From assembly GCA_009392915.1 (NCBI GenBank), contig CP045477.1, positions 768,001-832,000 of the forward strand: DNA of 64,000 bases. Reading direction: 5' to 3'. A program made the translations under genes and the position numbers. Positions 38,517-48,682 of this stretch are shown here, piece after piece. Below the pieces are notes generated by a model that had not been told where the DNA came from, searched no databases, and saw nothing but the letters and a program-made list of their open reading frames with translations. This DNA comes from Candidatus Forterrea multitransposorum CG_2015-17_Forterrea_25_41 (GTDB lineage: Archaea > Iainarchaeota > Iainarchaeia > Iainarchaeales > CSSED10-239). Within the stretch, counting starts at the first letter, position 1. Each line of letters starts with the position of its first letter.

Positions 38517-39206
38517 TTAAACAATTAGAATATATATTAAAATAGATAAAGCACCAGCTATAAAAGTTGCAAGAAAATTAGTTTGATTATTATTAAAGAT
38601 TCCTCTTCTCTCAATTGTTGCACCTATATAACTATCAACAATAGATCCTAATATTCCACCAATAAATAAAACTATTAAAAATGTAAAAGTATAACCTACA
38701 ATATAAAAATAAACTACAGAAATAAAAGATGCAATCATTGCACCTGTGATCCCAAGAAAAGTAATTCCACCATCTTCTCCTTTTTTAACTTTTTTAAAAT
38801 TAGTAATAAGTCTTGGAGTTATGTTTGAAAGTTTTCCAATCTCTGAAGAAAAAGTGTCTGAAAAAGCAGCATTTATTGAAACTATACTTGCAAGAATAAA
38901 TAATGAATAATCTAAAAAGTTTAATTTATCAAAAATAAAACCAATTATTACAAATATTACTGCTGCTGAACAATTTCCAATAATGTTTAAGTAATTTCTT
39001 TTTTCATGTTTTTTATTAAGTATTAAAGTTATACCTTCTGCTATTGCGAAAAATACAATTACATATGCAACTGCATAGATATTAATAAAGTAAAGAATTA
39101 TACTTAAGAGTGCATAAATTAAAGAAATAGTAAAAAGATCGTATCCTCTTAATAGATGTAAGAAGATACCAATCAAAATAAATACTAGAAAATATAAAAA
39201 AAGCAT
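38517..39206 (-). CDS. DUF92/TMEM19-family integral membrane protein
   Basis: AFSDTFSSEIGKLS and GGITFLGITGA match the DUF92 blocks (ADTwASEIG ... GgvT..G). Confidence 0.55.
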   Translation of the reverse strand: MLFLYFLVFILIGIFLHLLRGYDLFTISLIYALLSIILYFINIYAVAYVIVFFAIAEGITLILNKKHEKRNYLNIIGNCSAAVIFVIIGFIFDKLNFLDYSLFILASIVSINAAFSDTFSSEIGKLSNITPRLITNFKKVKKGEDGGITFLGITGAMIASFISVVYFYIVGYTFTFLIVLFIGGILGSIVDSYIGATIERRGIFNNNQTNFLATFIAGALSILIYILIV

Positions 39207-39215
39207 AGTAGTTCA

Positions 39216-39788
39216 TTAAATTATTTTTGCCTTAAGAACTAAAACTTTATTTATATAACCTAATTTTACTAATTTTTTCTTAAGTTTTTCAGAAAATTTT
39301 TGATAAACTATGTTTGTCCAAACTTCTCTAGATGTTTTTTCTTTAATATCTTCTGTTAAAGAATCTACAATTAGGTTTCTTGTTTCAGTTCTAGTTGCAG
39401 TTGTAAATTTAGTTCCTGAAAGACACATTACTTTTAATTTTATTTTTTGATTATCTTTAGTTTCTACAAAAAATATAATTTCAATTTTTGATTTTCCACG
39501 TCTTATCATTCTTTTTAAATTTGCAACTTTAGTGTTTAGTTCTTCAAGCTTTGTTTCAGCGTTTGTACCTGTAACTTTATTAATTTTAAATGTTACAGTG
39601 TAACCTGAATCTTTAATATTTGAGGTTAAATCATTTAATGATTTTTTAATAGTTCTACCAATTAATTTAGAACTATCTAAAGCAACTGTTTTTGCAATTT
39701 CTTTTGAATCAAATACAGGATCTGCTGTTACATTGTACCATTTTTTCTTTTTCCAATTATCTACTGTTTTCTTTTTTACTTTAGCCAT
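39216..39788 (-). CDS. rps3ae: 30S ribosomal protein S3Ae (eS1)
   Basis: MAKVKKKTVDNWKKKKWYNVTADPVFDSKEIAKTVA matches the S3Ae N-terminus. Confidence 0.8.
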   Translation of the reverse strand: MAKVKKKTVDNWKKKKWYNVTADPVFDSKEIAKTVALDSSKLIGRTIKKSLNDLTSNIKDSGYTVTFKINKVTGTNAETKLEELNTKVANLKRMIRRGKSKIEIIFFVETKDNQKIKLKVMCLSGTKFTTATRTETRNLIVDSLTEDIKEKTSREVWTNIVYQKFSEKLKKKLVKLGYINKVLVLKAKII

Positions 39789-39819
39789 GTTAATTACACC
39801 ATTTTATAATCGTTAAAAA

Positions 39820-40218
39820 TTACCTTACAAGTAATTTTGCTTTTTGATCAGAATATCTCCAATCTTTTGGTAAAATTCCTTCTTTAATATAATATTTTTT
39901 TAATCTGTTAATTTTAGAAACAGTTAATTGATACCCGTGTTTTCCTCTGGTATCTTTTTTATTTTTTTCATTATGTTTTAATAATGTAACAGCTCTTTTA
40001 ATTAATGCCATTAAATCATCAGGTATTTCTTTATTAAGGTTTAATTCTTTTTGAATTTTTCCAATTCTTTTACCTGTTTCTTTTTTTGTTTTTAAAACAT
40101 TTTCTTTTTTAAGTTCAAGTCCAATCTTTGCATTAGACTCTCCTTTTTTTGTTAATTCTTCTATTTTTTTATAGATTTGATCTTTATCCATTTTTTTAAT
40201 TTCTTTTTTTTCAACCAT
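39820..40218 (-). CDS. rps15: 30S ribosomal protein S15 (uS15/S13e)
   Basis: C-terminal HGYQLTVSKINRLKKYYIKEGILPKDWRYS. Confidence 0.75.
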   Translation of the reverse strand: MVEKKEIKKMDKDQIYKKIEELTKKGESNAKIGLELKKENVLKTKKETGKRIGKIQKELNLNKEIPDDLMALIKRAVTLLKHNEKNKKDTRGKHGYQLTVSKINRLKKYYIKEGILPKDWRYSDQKAKLLVR

Positions 40219-40339
40219 ACTTAATCATGTTTTTTTAATTTATAATTTTCTTTATGTTGTTATAAAAATTGTGGCGATATTTTTATAAAAAGTATTAATA
40301 TATATATTATTATTGCGATGTATTTATATATATTATTGT

Positions 40340-40909
40340 TTAAAGATATCTTCCTCTTTTTTCAATATTTTCTATATGTTTTATAATATTTTTGTTATTA
40401 GTTCCTTTTAGATATCCTTCTTTAATACCAACCCATAGTTTTTCTGTTCTTTTAAGGGCTAAAAGGGTTTTTTTAAAAACTAAAAGATCAGTTGCCTTAT
40501 CTTCTATCTTTAAAGAAACATATCCAAGTCCAAAATCAATAAAATATACTTTATTGTTATTAGTTAGTATATTTATTAAGTTTAAATCACCATGGATAAT
40601 GTTATTATTATGTAATTTTGCAATTTCAATTCCAATTTCTTCAAGTTTATCTTTATGTTTTTTACTGTTTTTAATATATTCCATAATTATTTTATTATTT
40701 GATACAGAATATATGTAAGGGCTAAAAAGTCCTATTTCTTTTATTTTTTTAAGCAAAAAAGCTTCTTCTTTATTTCTAGTTTTTAAAATTTTAGTATCTA
40801 AAACAGGATGTCTGTATTTTTTAGAATTTCTCTCTTTAATACAAACTTCTTTATTAAATAGTTTTGTTTTGTAAATAGTTGCTTCTGCACCTTTTGCAAT
40901 AATTTCCAT
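40340..40909 (-). CDS. bud32: KEOPS complex kinase Bud32 (PRPK)
   Basis: IAKGAEATIYK, VCIKERNSKKYRHPVLDTKILKTR, HGDLNLINIL, FIDFGLG. Confidence 0.8.
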   Translation of the reverse strand: MEIIAKGAEATIYKTKLFNKEVCIKERNSKKYRHPVLDTKILKTRNKEEAFLLKKIKEIGLFSPYIYSVSNNKIIMEYIKNSKKHKDKLEEIGIEIAKLHNNNIIHGDLNLINILTNNNKVYFIDFGLGYVSLKIEDKATDLLVFKKTLLALKRTEKLWVGIKEGYLKGTNNKNIIKHIENIEKRGRYL

Positions 40910-40921
40910 TAAATTTCACTT

Positions 40922-41419
40922 TTAACAAACTTTAACATCTTGAAGTTCAAACTTATAAGTAGTATATTTATTTTTAAGAACGCTTAAGTTTTCTAAATAT
41001 TTATCAATGTTTAATTTTTTATATTCTTTTGTATTTATTTTTTCAAAATCATTTTCTAATTTATCTATTTTTAGTAAAATTCCATTTATTTTAAGACTTA
41101 AATCTCTTGATATGCATTCTTCTCTTACAACTGAAGCTCTATATATTTGTCTTTCTATTTCAGAGACTTGTTTTGAAACTTCTATAAATTCAATTAATGG
41201 TGTTGTAATTTCTTTTTGAGAAATAAAAGAAATTTCTGAAATATACCCTGTTGAATCTTCTGGAACTAATATGTTATTTGTAACATTATATTTTTGATTT
41301 ATTTTTTCTATTTTTAAAACATTATTTTGATTATATTGATTTAAGAATAAGAATACAAAAAACACAATTATAATGATAATTATTAAATCTCCAAGAAAAC
41401 TAATTTTTCGTCTTTCCAT
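40922..41419 (-). CDS. Hypothetical N-terminally membrane-anchored coiled-coil protein
   Basis: N-terminal TM segment (LGDLIIIIIIVFFVFLFL) followed by a helical region. Confidence 0.3.
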   Translation of the reverse strand: MERRKISFLGDLIIIIIIVFFVFLFLNQYNQNNVLKIEKINQKYNVTNNILVPEDSTGYISEISFISQKEITTPLIEFIEVSKQVSEIERQIYRASVVREECISRDLSLKINGILLKIDKLENDFEKINTKEYKKLNIDKYLENLSVLKNKYTTYKFELQDVKVC

Positions 41420-41507
41420 TTTTTCTCATTTTTTAGACATTATATATGTATATAATATATACAATATAACCTTTATATATATTTTTAATAAGCTTATATT
41501 TAATATT

Positions 41508-42140
41508 TTATGAATATTTTTTTAAAATTTCAATAATTTTATCATACATTTCTTTTTTAAACTGACTTTCTTTAAGTTGTTTTCTTAATTGATCAATTTT
41601 CATTTCAGAAGTTTTAATTTTAAATTCTTTTTTCTTTTCACTATATCCACCAATACTGTTGTTTTTATAGACAATTGAAGTATTAATAGTTTCTTTAAGT
41701 TTTTTTCTATAATCTGGATTTACAAGGAAAGTTTCAAATAAATTACTATATTCAGGATCAAGTAATACTTTATCTGTAAGTCTTGAATCAAGAACATCTT
41801 GTTTATATTCTTTATTTGTAATTTCTTTAATTTTATGTCTCCAATAGTTTTTTTTAAGAAACATAGTAATTGGAGCTAGTTTTTTATTCCTTTCAACTTT
41901 ATTTTTATTATTTTTCCAATAATTAAGTTCTTTTTCTAATTTTGAAAGGTTTTTTTCAATTTCAATTTGTTTTTTTCTAGTTTCACTAACCCCTGGATAA
42001 ATTATTTTTTTATTAGCTATATGTATTATTTTCTTTTTCAAAAAATATCTTAATAATTTAATTTCTTTTTCAGTAAGATTTAAGTCTAATGTTTCACTAA
42101 GCTCTTCAATTGTAGTGATTCTTTTTGTATTTAGTTTCAT
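41508..42140 (-). CDS. Hypothetical basic protein
   Basis: No recognisable motif; K-rich. Confidence 0.3.
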   Translation of the reverse strand: MKLNTKRITTIEELSETLDLNLTEKEIKLLRYFLKKKIIHIANKKIIYPGVSETRKKQIEIEKNLSKLEKELNYWKNNKNKVERNKKLAPITMFLKKNYWRHKIKEITNKEYKQDVLDSRLTDKVLLDPEYSNLFETFLVNPDYRKKLKETINTSIVYKNNSIGGYSEKKKEFKIKTSEMKIDQLRKQLKESQFKKEMYDKIIEILKKYS

Positions 42141-42293
42141 AAGTTATCAATTTTTTAATATTTAATATATATAATGGTTATATTTGTTTTAAGAACTTTT
42201 GTTTTTTACTCTACTAAATAAAATAAATACCTTTATTAATTTTTAGAACAATATATTATATTATAACAAAATTAATTAAAGAGGTTTTAATAA

Positions 42294-42635
42294 ATGATTC
42301 CTGGAATGAATGGTATGGACCCAAGAAAAATGAATGCTTTAATGAAGCAAATGGGTATTGAAAATAATGATATTGATGCTGCAAAAGTAATAATTGAACT
42401 TAAAGATGGTTCTGTTATTGAAGTAATTGATCCTTCAGTTACAGAAATTGTAATGCAAGGAAACAGAAGTTTTCAAGTAGCTGGAACTGTAACTACTAAA
42501 GAAGTTTTAACAATCCCTCAAGAAGACATAGACATGGTGTCAGAATCTGCTAATGTTTCTAAAGAAAAAGCAAAAGAAACTTTAGAAGAAACAAAAGGAG
42601 ATATTGCAGAAGCAATATCTAAATTGTCAGAATAA
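42294..42635 (+). CDS. nac: Nascent polypeptide-associated complex protein (NAC alpha)
   Basis: MIPGMNGMDPRKMNALMKQMGI...IIELKDGSVIEVIDPSV...FQVAG, plus a C-terminal UBA-like KETLEETKGDIAEAISKL. Confidence 0.8.
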   Translation: MIPGMNGMDPRKMNALMKQMGIENNDIDAAKVIIELKDGSVIEVIDPSVTEIVMQGNRSFQVAGTVTTKEVLTIPQEDIDMVSESANVSKEKAKETLEETKGDIAEAISKLSE

Positions 42636-42647
42636 TTTTTAAAAAAA

Positions 42648-43916
42648 TTATTCTTCTATTTTTTTATCTAACATCAAAAACATAATGTCTTTTCTAGTAA
42701 CATATGCTTGGACATTAAAATTAATTATTTCTTTATTTATATCTTCTGGATATTCAAGCCATACAGGGTATGTTTTTTCAGAATAAGTATATTCTTCTTC
42801 TTGTAAAGTTATTTTTTCAACATCCAAGATAGCTTCTTTTTCAATTTCTTCAAGTTCTAAATCTAATGGTGTTATTTTTTCAATAATATTTTCAATTTCT
42901 ACAGAACTTTCAAGAAGATATTTTTTTTCAAAATCTTTTACTTTATTTTCTTCTAAAAATCCATTTTCAATTAATTTTTCTTTTATTTCTGTATAGTTAC
43001 TAAGGTTATAGTCAGCTATAAAACTAATTTTTATTTCTTCTATGTTTTTATCAATACTTTCAATTTCACTAATGTTTAAATCTTCTTTAGAAACATTAAT
43101 GTCAAGTCCTTGATACACTAAACTATAATCTGGAACAATTGTAACTTTTTCAATTTCGTTAATTTTTTCTTTAATTGAGTTTTCATCATTATCATTAAGA
43201 TAATTTGTTTTTGTAGAATATCTATATTTTTCATTCCATTCTAAAATATTAATTTCTTGTTCATCAAAAACAAGAGAAGGTGAGCTTGTAAGGTTAGTTG
43301 TTTCATAAAGTATAACATACTCTAAAACTTCTCCTTTAAAACTTGCTTGTAATTGTCCTTGGATATTATCTTTTTTAAGAGTATTAACATTTACAACTGC
43401 ATCAACTATATAATCTACAAAATCATAATCCATTGTTTTGTTTTCATCACTTGTTGCTCTAAAATTAACACTATTGTTAATTTCAACTCTTGCTTGTTTA
43501 TATATTTCAATAGGCTCTGAAGTTAAATATTCTAAATTATTTATTTCTGTAATTATTTCTTCTTGAAGTAAAGGGTCAATTACAATTTTTGCAATCAATA
43601 TTATTTTTTCTTCAGAATCTTTATTAAATTGTATACTTGATCTTTTAACTCCTTCAATTGCAATTAAATCATTTTCTATTTTTGTTTGTTCAAAAACATC
43701 TGTATTACTTGCAATTATTAATTCTGAAAACATTTCTGAAACTATTGCTTCAGTTTCCCCAACATACATTTCTGAAGGTATGTTTAAATCTTCTTCAAAA
43801 TCTTGATATGTTGTATCTACATCTGGTCTTGCCCCAATTGACATACCTACAATAGATCCTAAAATTAATACTACTAATAAAATTGAAAGTCCTGCTTGTT
43901 TATTCATATTTTTCAC
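42648..43916 (-). CDS. Secreted acidic hypothetical protein with an N-terminal signal peptide
   Basis: MKNMNKQAGLSILLVVLILGSIVGMSIGA followed by an E/D-rich domain. Confidence 0.35.
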   Translation of the reverse strand: MKNMNKQAGLSILLVVLILGSIVGMSIGARPDVDTTYQDFEEDLNIPSEMYVGETEAIVSEMFSELIIASNTDVFEQTKIENDLIAIEGVKRSSIQFNKDSEEKIILIAKIVIDPLLQEEIITEINNLEYLTSEPIEIYKQARVEINNSVNFRATSDENKTMDYDFVDYIVDAVVNVNTLKKDNIQGQLQASFKGEVLEYVILYETTNLTSSPSLVFDEQEINILEWNEKYRYSTKTNYLNDNDENSIKEKINEIEKVTIVPDYSLVYQGLDINVSKEDLNISEIESIDKNIEEIKISFIADYNLSNYTEIKEKLIENGFLEENKVKDFEKKYLLESSVEIENIIEKITPLDLELEEIEKEAILDVEKITLQEEEYTYSEKTYPVWLEYPEDINKEIINFNVQAYVTRKDIMFLMLDKKIEE

Positions 43917-44009
43917 ATTTTTATAATAAAATAAGTTATAATATATATTTATTACTTAAAAGAATTTATAAGGTTTTCTTTTTATTTTTATCTAAGCATT
44001 ATATACTTT

Positions 44010-44939
44010 ATGATCAATTTTAAAATAAAAAATATACCTATAAGAAAAAAAGGAGTTTTAGCTCCTATGCAAGAGTATACTCATCTTCCATTTAGACTTC
44101 TTTGCAAAGATTATGATGTAGGTTTATGTTATACAGAGATGGTGAATATAAATCACATTATTCAATATAAAGAAGATTTATCTAAATTAGATCTTTTAGC
44201 ATCTACTGAAAAAGAATCTCCTGTATCTTTACAGTTGTTTGGAGATTTAAGTTTAAAAAAAACAATTACTGCTGCTCATTTAATTGATAATTATAAATAT
44301 TTTGATATTATTGATTTTAATTTAGGTTGTCCTTCTTTAAAAATAATTAATAGTAAGTCAGGTTCTTATAATTTAAAGCAATTAGATAAAGTTTATCCAA
44401 TAATTAAAGAAATTGTTTCTACTTCTAAAAAACCAATTACTGTAAAGGTAAGACTTGGTTTTAAAGAAGATATTTTAGAGGATATGATTAATAATTTTGA
44501 AAAGATTGGTGTTTCTGCAATTGCTGTTCATGGTAGACTTGCAAAAGAAAATTATAGTGTTCCATCAAAAATTTCAAGAGTTGAGGAAATTAAAAAAATT
44601 ACTTCACTTCCAATAATTTATAATGGAGATGTTAATGAAACAAATCTTGGACATGTGAATAAGTTTTCTGGAATTATGGTTGGCAGAGAAGCTTTAGGCA
44701 ATCCTTTTATCTTTAAGCAAATAGATTATTTTTCAAAAAATAATGTTCTTTTAGAAAAAGATTATTCTGATGAAGCTTTATTATCTTTTTTAGAATATGT
44801 TAAAGAATATCCAATTTCTTTTTCTAAACTAAAAGTATCTTTAATTCCTTTTTTTAAAGGTAAACAAGGTTCTGCAAGAATAAGAGAATTATTATCCAAA
44901 TCTAAAAATCTTAAAGAAATATTAAATATATTAAAATAG
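44010..44939 (+). CDS. dus: tRNA-dihydrouridine synthase
   Basis: LAPMQEYTHLPFR, DFNLGCP, flavin-binding TIM-barrel pattern. Confidence 0.75.
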   Translation: MINFKIKNIPIRKKGVLAPMQEYTHLPFRLLCKDYDVGLCYTEMVNINHIIQYKEDLSKLDLLASTEKESPVSLQLFGDLSLKKTITAAHLIDNYKYFDIIDFNLGCPSLKIINSKSGSYNLKQLDKVYPIIKEIVSTSKKPITVKVRLGFKEDILEDMINNFEKIGVSAIAVHGRLAKENYSVPSKISRVEEIKKITSLPIIYNGDVNETNLGHVNKFSGIMVGREALGNPFIFKQIDYFSKNNVLLEKDYSDEALLSFLEYVKEYPISFSKLKVSLIPFFKGKQGSARIRELLSKSKNLKEILNILK

Positions 44940-45645
44940 CTATAAGTATTATCCATAAAATTATTTTGTAATTTTTAATAATTTCTTTAAAAATAAAAAG
45001 TATTCCGTCAATAATTCCCATAAAAAAATCTTTTAAATAACTACCTAATTTTTTATCTTCTTTAACTTCTGAAAAAACTTCTTTAATAAGTTCTATTTTA
45101 GTTTTTTCTTTTTTTGGAATTATTTCAAAATTATTAACGTCTCCAGTAATTGCATCTATCTTAAGTTTAAACTTATCTAGTTTAACTTTCCAATTAGGAA
45201 CATATATTTGTTCAATACCGCTTAAGGAGATTTGATCTTTTAAAACATTGTGCTTATAAACCAAATATTTCATAATTGTTTCTTCAGCTTCTTCTTTTGT
45301 AACAATTTTTTTTTTAAGATTAATCTGAATTTGCTCTGTTTTAGGAGCTTCTAAATTTTCTTTAATGATTGGTTTTGATATTTTAAAAATATCAATAACT
45401 TTTTCATTAATTTGATTATTTATAGAATTAAGTGCAATTTGGTTTGAGATTCTATTAAACTTCTCATTTTTATTAATTAAAATATCGTAGAAACAGACCC
45501 AATAAGGTGTAATAGTAAGATAAAGATTTTCTTTCTTTATCTCATATTTATGACCTTTTTTTTTAAGAGCCGCTTGAAATATATCTAATGCTTGTCTTGG
45601 CTCTAATTTTATTGGAAACCTTTTTTCAGTAACTGTTATTGGCAT
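44911..45645 (-). CDS. Hypothetical protein with a C-terminal TM anchor, translationally coupled to sepF
   Basis: Its start abuts the sepF stop. C-terminal IILWIILIAILIYLIFL. Confidence 0.3.
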   Translation of the reverse strand: MPITVTEKRFPIKLEPRQALDIFQAALKKKGHKYEIKKENLYLTITPYWVCFYDILINKNEKFNRISNQIALNSINNQINEKVIDIFKISKPIIKENLEAPKTEQIQINLKKKIVTKEEAEETIMKYLVYKHNVLKDQISLSGIEQIYVPNWKVKLDKFKLKIDAITGDVNNFEIIPKKEKTKIELIKEVFSEVKEDKKLGSYLKDFFMGIIDGILFIFKEIIKNYKIILWIILIAILIYLIFL

Positions 45646-45996
45646 TTATTTCATTTTTTTAATAATTTTTACTTTTTCTGGTACCAATAATAATTTTGTT
45701 TTAGAAATCATTGCAAGATCTCCACCTTTGTCAGTAACATACATTTTTAATTGTCCAACAAATTGTTTTGCTCTTTGTGGATTTCTTTTAGAAATTCCTT
45801 CTATGTCTAAAATAACAAAGTTTCTTTCTTTTAATTCTTTTATTACAATTTCAACTTCATTATTTGATTGTAAACTAATTGGTTTTACATAGAAATCTAC
45901 ATCTTCTGGTACATCTTCTACATCCATGTTGTTTAAGAAATCGTCAATATCTATTTCTTCTTTTTTACCTGTAAACATTTTATCTAAAAAGGCCAT
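45646..45996 (-). CDS. sepF: Cell division protein SepF homolog
   Basis: FVILDIEGISKRNPQRAKQFVGQLKMYVTDKGGDLAMISKTKLLLVP fits the SepF/DUF552 core. Confidence 0.5.
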   Translation of the reverse strand: MAFLDKMFTGKKEEIDIDDFLNNMDVEDVPEDVDFYVKPISLQSNNEVEIVIKELKERNFVILDIEGISKRNPQRAKQFVGQLKMYVTDKGGDLAMISKTKLLLVPEKVKIIKKMK

Positions 45997-46151
45997 TTTT
46001 TCCCCACCTCGAAATTATATAAATGCAATTTATATTATAATTATAAACCAAAATATTTAAATACAAAATGTATTTTTTGTGCTTTTTTACTATCTTTTTA
46101 TAAATATTACAAGTTATTATTAGTTTATTAATCAATTTTATAAAAAAAGAG

Positions 46152-46604
46152 GTGGTTGTTATTTTTGGTTTTTTTAAAGGTAAAATTAATGTGATTCTAA
46201 ATAAACATGATTTTACACCTGGCGATATAATTGAAGGAAAAATGATTTTAACTGTAAAAAGAGATTTTGAATCAAAAGGGGCTTATGTTTATTTGTCTGC
46301 AATTCAGCAAACAAGAGTTAATAATTCTGGACAATCAACAACAAGATCTTCAATAATTTATGATTTTAAACTAGATCTTGAAAATGAAAGAGCTTATACT
46401 AAAGGAGAAGTTGTAGAGTTTCCTTTTCAATTAAAAATACCTCTAGATGTATTTACTCCTACAAAGACTCAACAAAACATAATTAAAGCAGTTAGTTTTT
46501 TAACAGGTGATAGATATAGTATCTATTGGAGTGTTTTAGGAAAGGTTAGAGTTAGAAGATGTTTAACAAACATAACTAAAAAAGTAAGAATTACTGTTCA
46601 ATAG
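46152..46604 (+). CDS. Hypothetical protein (Spo0M/arrestin-like beta fold?)
   Basis: Weak similarity only. Confidence 0.25.
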   Translation: MVVIFGFFKGKINVILNKHDFTPGDIIEGKMILTVKRDFESKGAYVYLSAIQQTRVNNSGQSTTRSSIIYDFKLDLENERAYTKGEVVEFPFQLKIPLDVFTPTKTQQNIIKAVSFLTGDRYSIYWSVLGKVRVRRCLTNITKKVRITVQ

Positions 46605-46688
46605 TTTTATTTTTTTAACAAAAAATGTAGTTTTTTAAAATTTAAATAAACTACTCTCTTTTTATTTTTTTAACTTCTTAATATATAT

Positions 46689-47846
46689 ATGTACAATTCA
46701 ATAATTATTCATTACAATGAAATTGCAATTAAAGGGAAAAATCGAATTTTCTTTGAAAAAAAATTAATTTCAAATATTCATGCGTCTCTTAATAAAAAAC
46801 ATAAGATAACAAGGCATTATGGTTTTATCTTAATTGATATAAATAAACCTTCTTTAGAAGAAATAAAAATTTTAGAAAATAAATTAACTAAAATACCTGG
46901 TATTGCAAATTTTTCATTTGCTTTTAAATCATCTTTAGACTTTGAAAATTTAAAAAAGCAAACAATTCTTTTTTTAAAAAATCAAGATTTTAATACTTTT
47001 AAAGTGGATGCTAGAAGAAGTAATAAACAATTCCCTTTAACTTCTCCACAAATTAATGTTTCCTTAGGAGAAGTAATTTATAATTCTTTAAATAAAAAAG
47101 TAGATATTAAAAATCCAGATTTAACTTTATTTGTTGAAGTTTCTTTAAAAGAAATATTTATTTTTACAAGTAGAACTCCTGGTCTTGGAGGACTTCCTGT
47201 AGGTGTTAGTGCAAATGTAATTTGTTCTCTTTCAGGTGGTATTGACAGTCCAGTAGCAGCTTTTCTTTTTATGAAGAGAGGTGCAAAAGTTATATTTGTT
47301 CACATCTATAATAATACTTTAGTTAAAAAAGAAATTTTAGATAAAATAAAAACACTTGTAACTACTTTAAATCAATTTCAAGGTAATTCTAAATTATATG
47401 TAGTTCCTTTTTCTGAAATTCAAAAACACATAATTGCAAATATTGATTCTGATTATAGAATGATTATCTATAGAAGATTTATGTTCAAAATAATTGATGA
47501 AATTTCAAAAAAAGAAAATGCAAAGGCTGTAATAACAGGAGATAATATAGGTCAAGTAGCTTCTCAAACTATTGAAAATATGACTACTATTTATTCAGCA
47601 ACAAAATTACCAATTTTTTCTCCATTAATAGCTTTTGATAAAAATGAAATAATTTCTATTGCAAAAAAAATAGATACTTACAAAACTTCAATAATTCCTT
47701 ATCCTGATTGTTGTTCTTATATGCTTTCAAAGCATCCAAGAACTAGATCTACAGTAGATGAAATTTTAGATTTTGAAAAAAAAATTGAAAATGAAGAAGA
47801 TTTAATTAATAATGCAATTTCTTCTTCAGATATTATTTTAGTTTAG
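46689..47846 (+). CDS. thiI: tRNA 4-thiouridine synthase ThiI (THUMP plus PP-loop)
   Basis: PP-loop SLSGGIDSPVAAFL. N-terminal THUMP-like domain. Confidence 0.8.
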   Translation: MYNSIIIHYNEIAIKGKNRIFFEKKLISNIHASLNKKHKITRHYGFILIDINKPSLEEIKILENKLTKIPGIANFSFAFKSSLDFENLKKQTILFLKNQDFNTFKVDARRSNKQFPLTSPQINVSLGEVIYNSLNKKVDIKNPDLTLFVEVSLKEIFIFTSRTPGLGGLPVGVSANVICSLSGGIDSPVAAFLFMKRGAKVIFVHIYNNTLVKKEILDKIKTLVTTLNQFQGNSKLYVVPFSEIQKHIIANIDSDYRMIIYRRFMFKIIDEISKKENAKAVITGDNIGQVASQTIENMTTIYSATKLPIFSPLIAFDKNEIISIAKKIDTYKTSIIPYPDCCSYMLSKHPRTRSTVDEILDFEKKIENEEDLINNAISSSDIILV

Positions 47847-48626
47847 AGTTGTACAAGTAACATTTCCATAAATATTAATACTTGTACTTACATCATCTTT
47901 ATAACTCATGCTACTTTCGTTTGGAAAAACACTATTTGTCATTTTTTTAGATAAAAAGTCATCAATTCCTTCTAAACTTTCAAAGACACAAACTTCTGTG
48001 CTTCCAATAAACATTTCAGCAGTTTCTTTTTCAGCACCATTTACTGGAGTATATCCTGGTTTTTCTTTTTCTTCATTTATAAGTGCTATAACTTCTTGTT
48101 TTGCTTGATTTTTTTCTTCTAAAGTAATTTCTCCTTCAAGTTTACTATTATCGAAGTCAGGATCAAAAGATTTTAAAAGCATATATTGAAAATAAACTGC
48201 GTCTAAGTTTTCTTCTTTATTTACATATTCTAAAACATCGTCATAATCAAAAGATACATTTGCATCGATTGTTTTTATTTCAACTTCACATTTATCATCT
48301 TCATTTAGACCTTTAATATTGTAATTTAGATCTTGACTTAAATACATCATAAACAAAGATGTAGTTTCTTGTCTATTCTCAAAATTACTTGGGATACAAT
48401 CTTTAGAATTATCTAAAAAATCAGTTTCTTGATTGTTACTATAGTGCCCAGAAATATAATTTTTATAAACATAAATTAGCCCATATGTGCAAAATCCAAT
48501 AACTATTAAAAAAATAACAGTAATTACTATTGCTTTATAGTTTTTATTATTTGGTTCTTTTATATCTTTTAAAGTGTTTTCTTCTCTTTTTGGTATTAAA
48601 TTTTCTAAATCAGTACTCATAATCAT
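47838..48626 (-). CDS. Hypothetical membrane-anchored acidic protein
   Basis: N-terminal TM segment (AIVITVIFLIVIGFC). No recognisable motif. Confidence 0.3.
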   Translation of the reverse strand: MIMSTDLENLIPKREENTLKDIKEPNNKNYKAIVITVIFLIVIGFCTYGLIYVYKNYISGHYSNNQETDFLDNSKDCIPSNFENRQETTSLFMMYLSQDLNYNIKGLNEDDKCEVEIKTIDANVSFDYDDVLEYVNKEENLDAVYFQYMLLKSFDPDFDNSKLEGEITLEEKNQAKQEVIALINEEKEKPGYTPVNGAEKETAEMFIGSTEVCVFESLEGIDDFLSKKMTNSVFPNESSMSYKDDVSTSINIYGNVTCTTLN

Positions 48627-48682
48627 CTTTCCTTTTTTAATGGTTATTTATTTTTAATACAATTATTCTTTTAAATAGATCT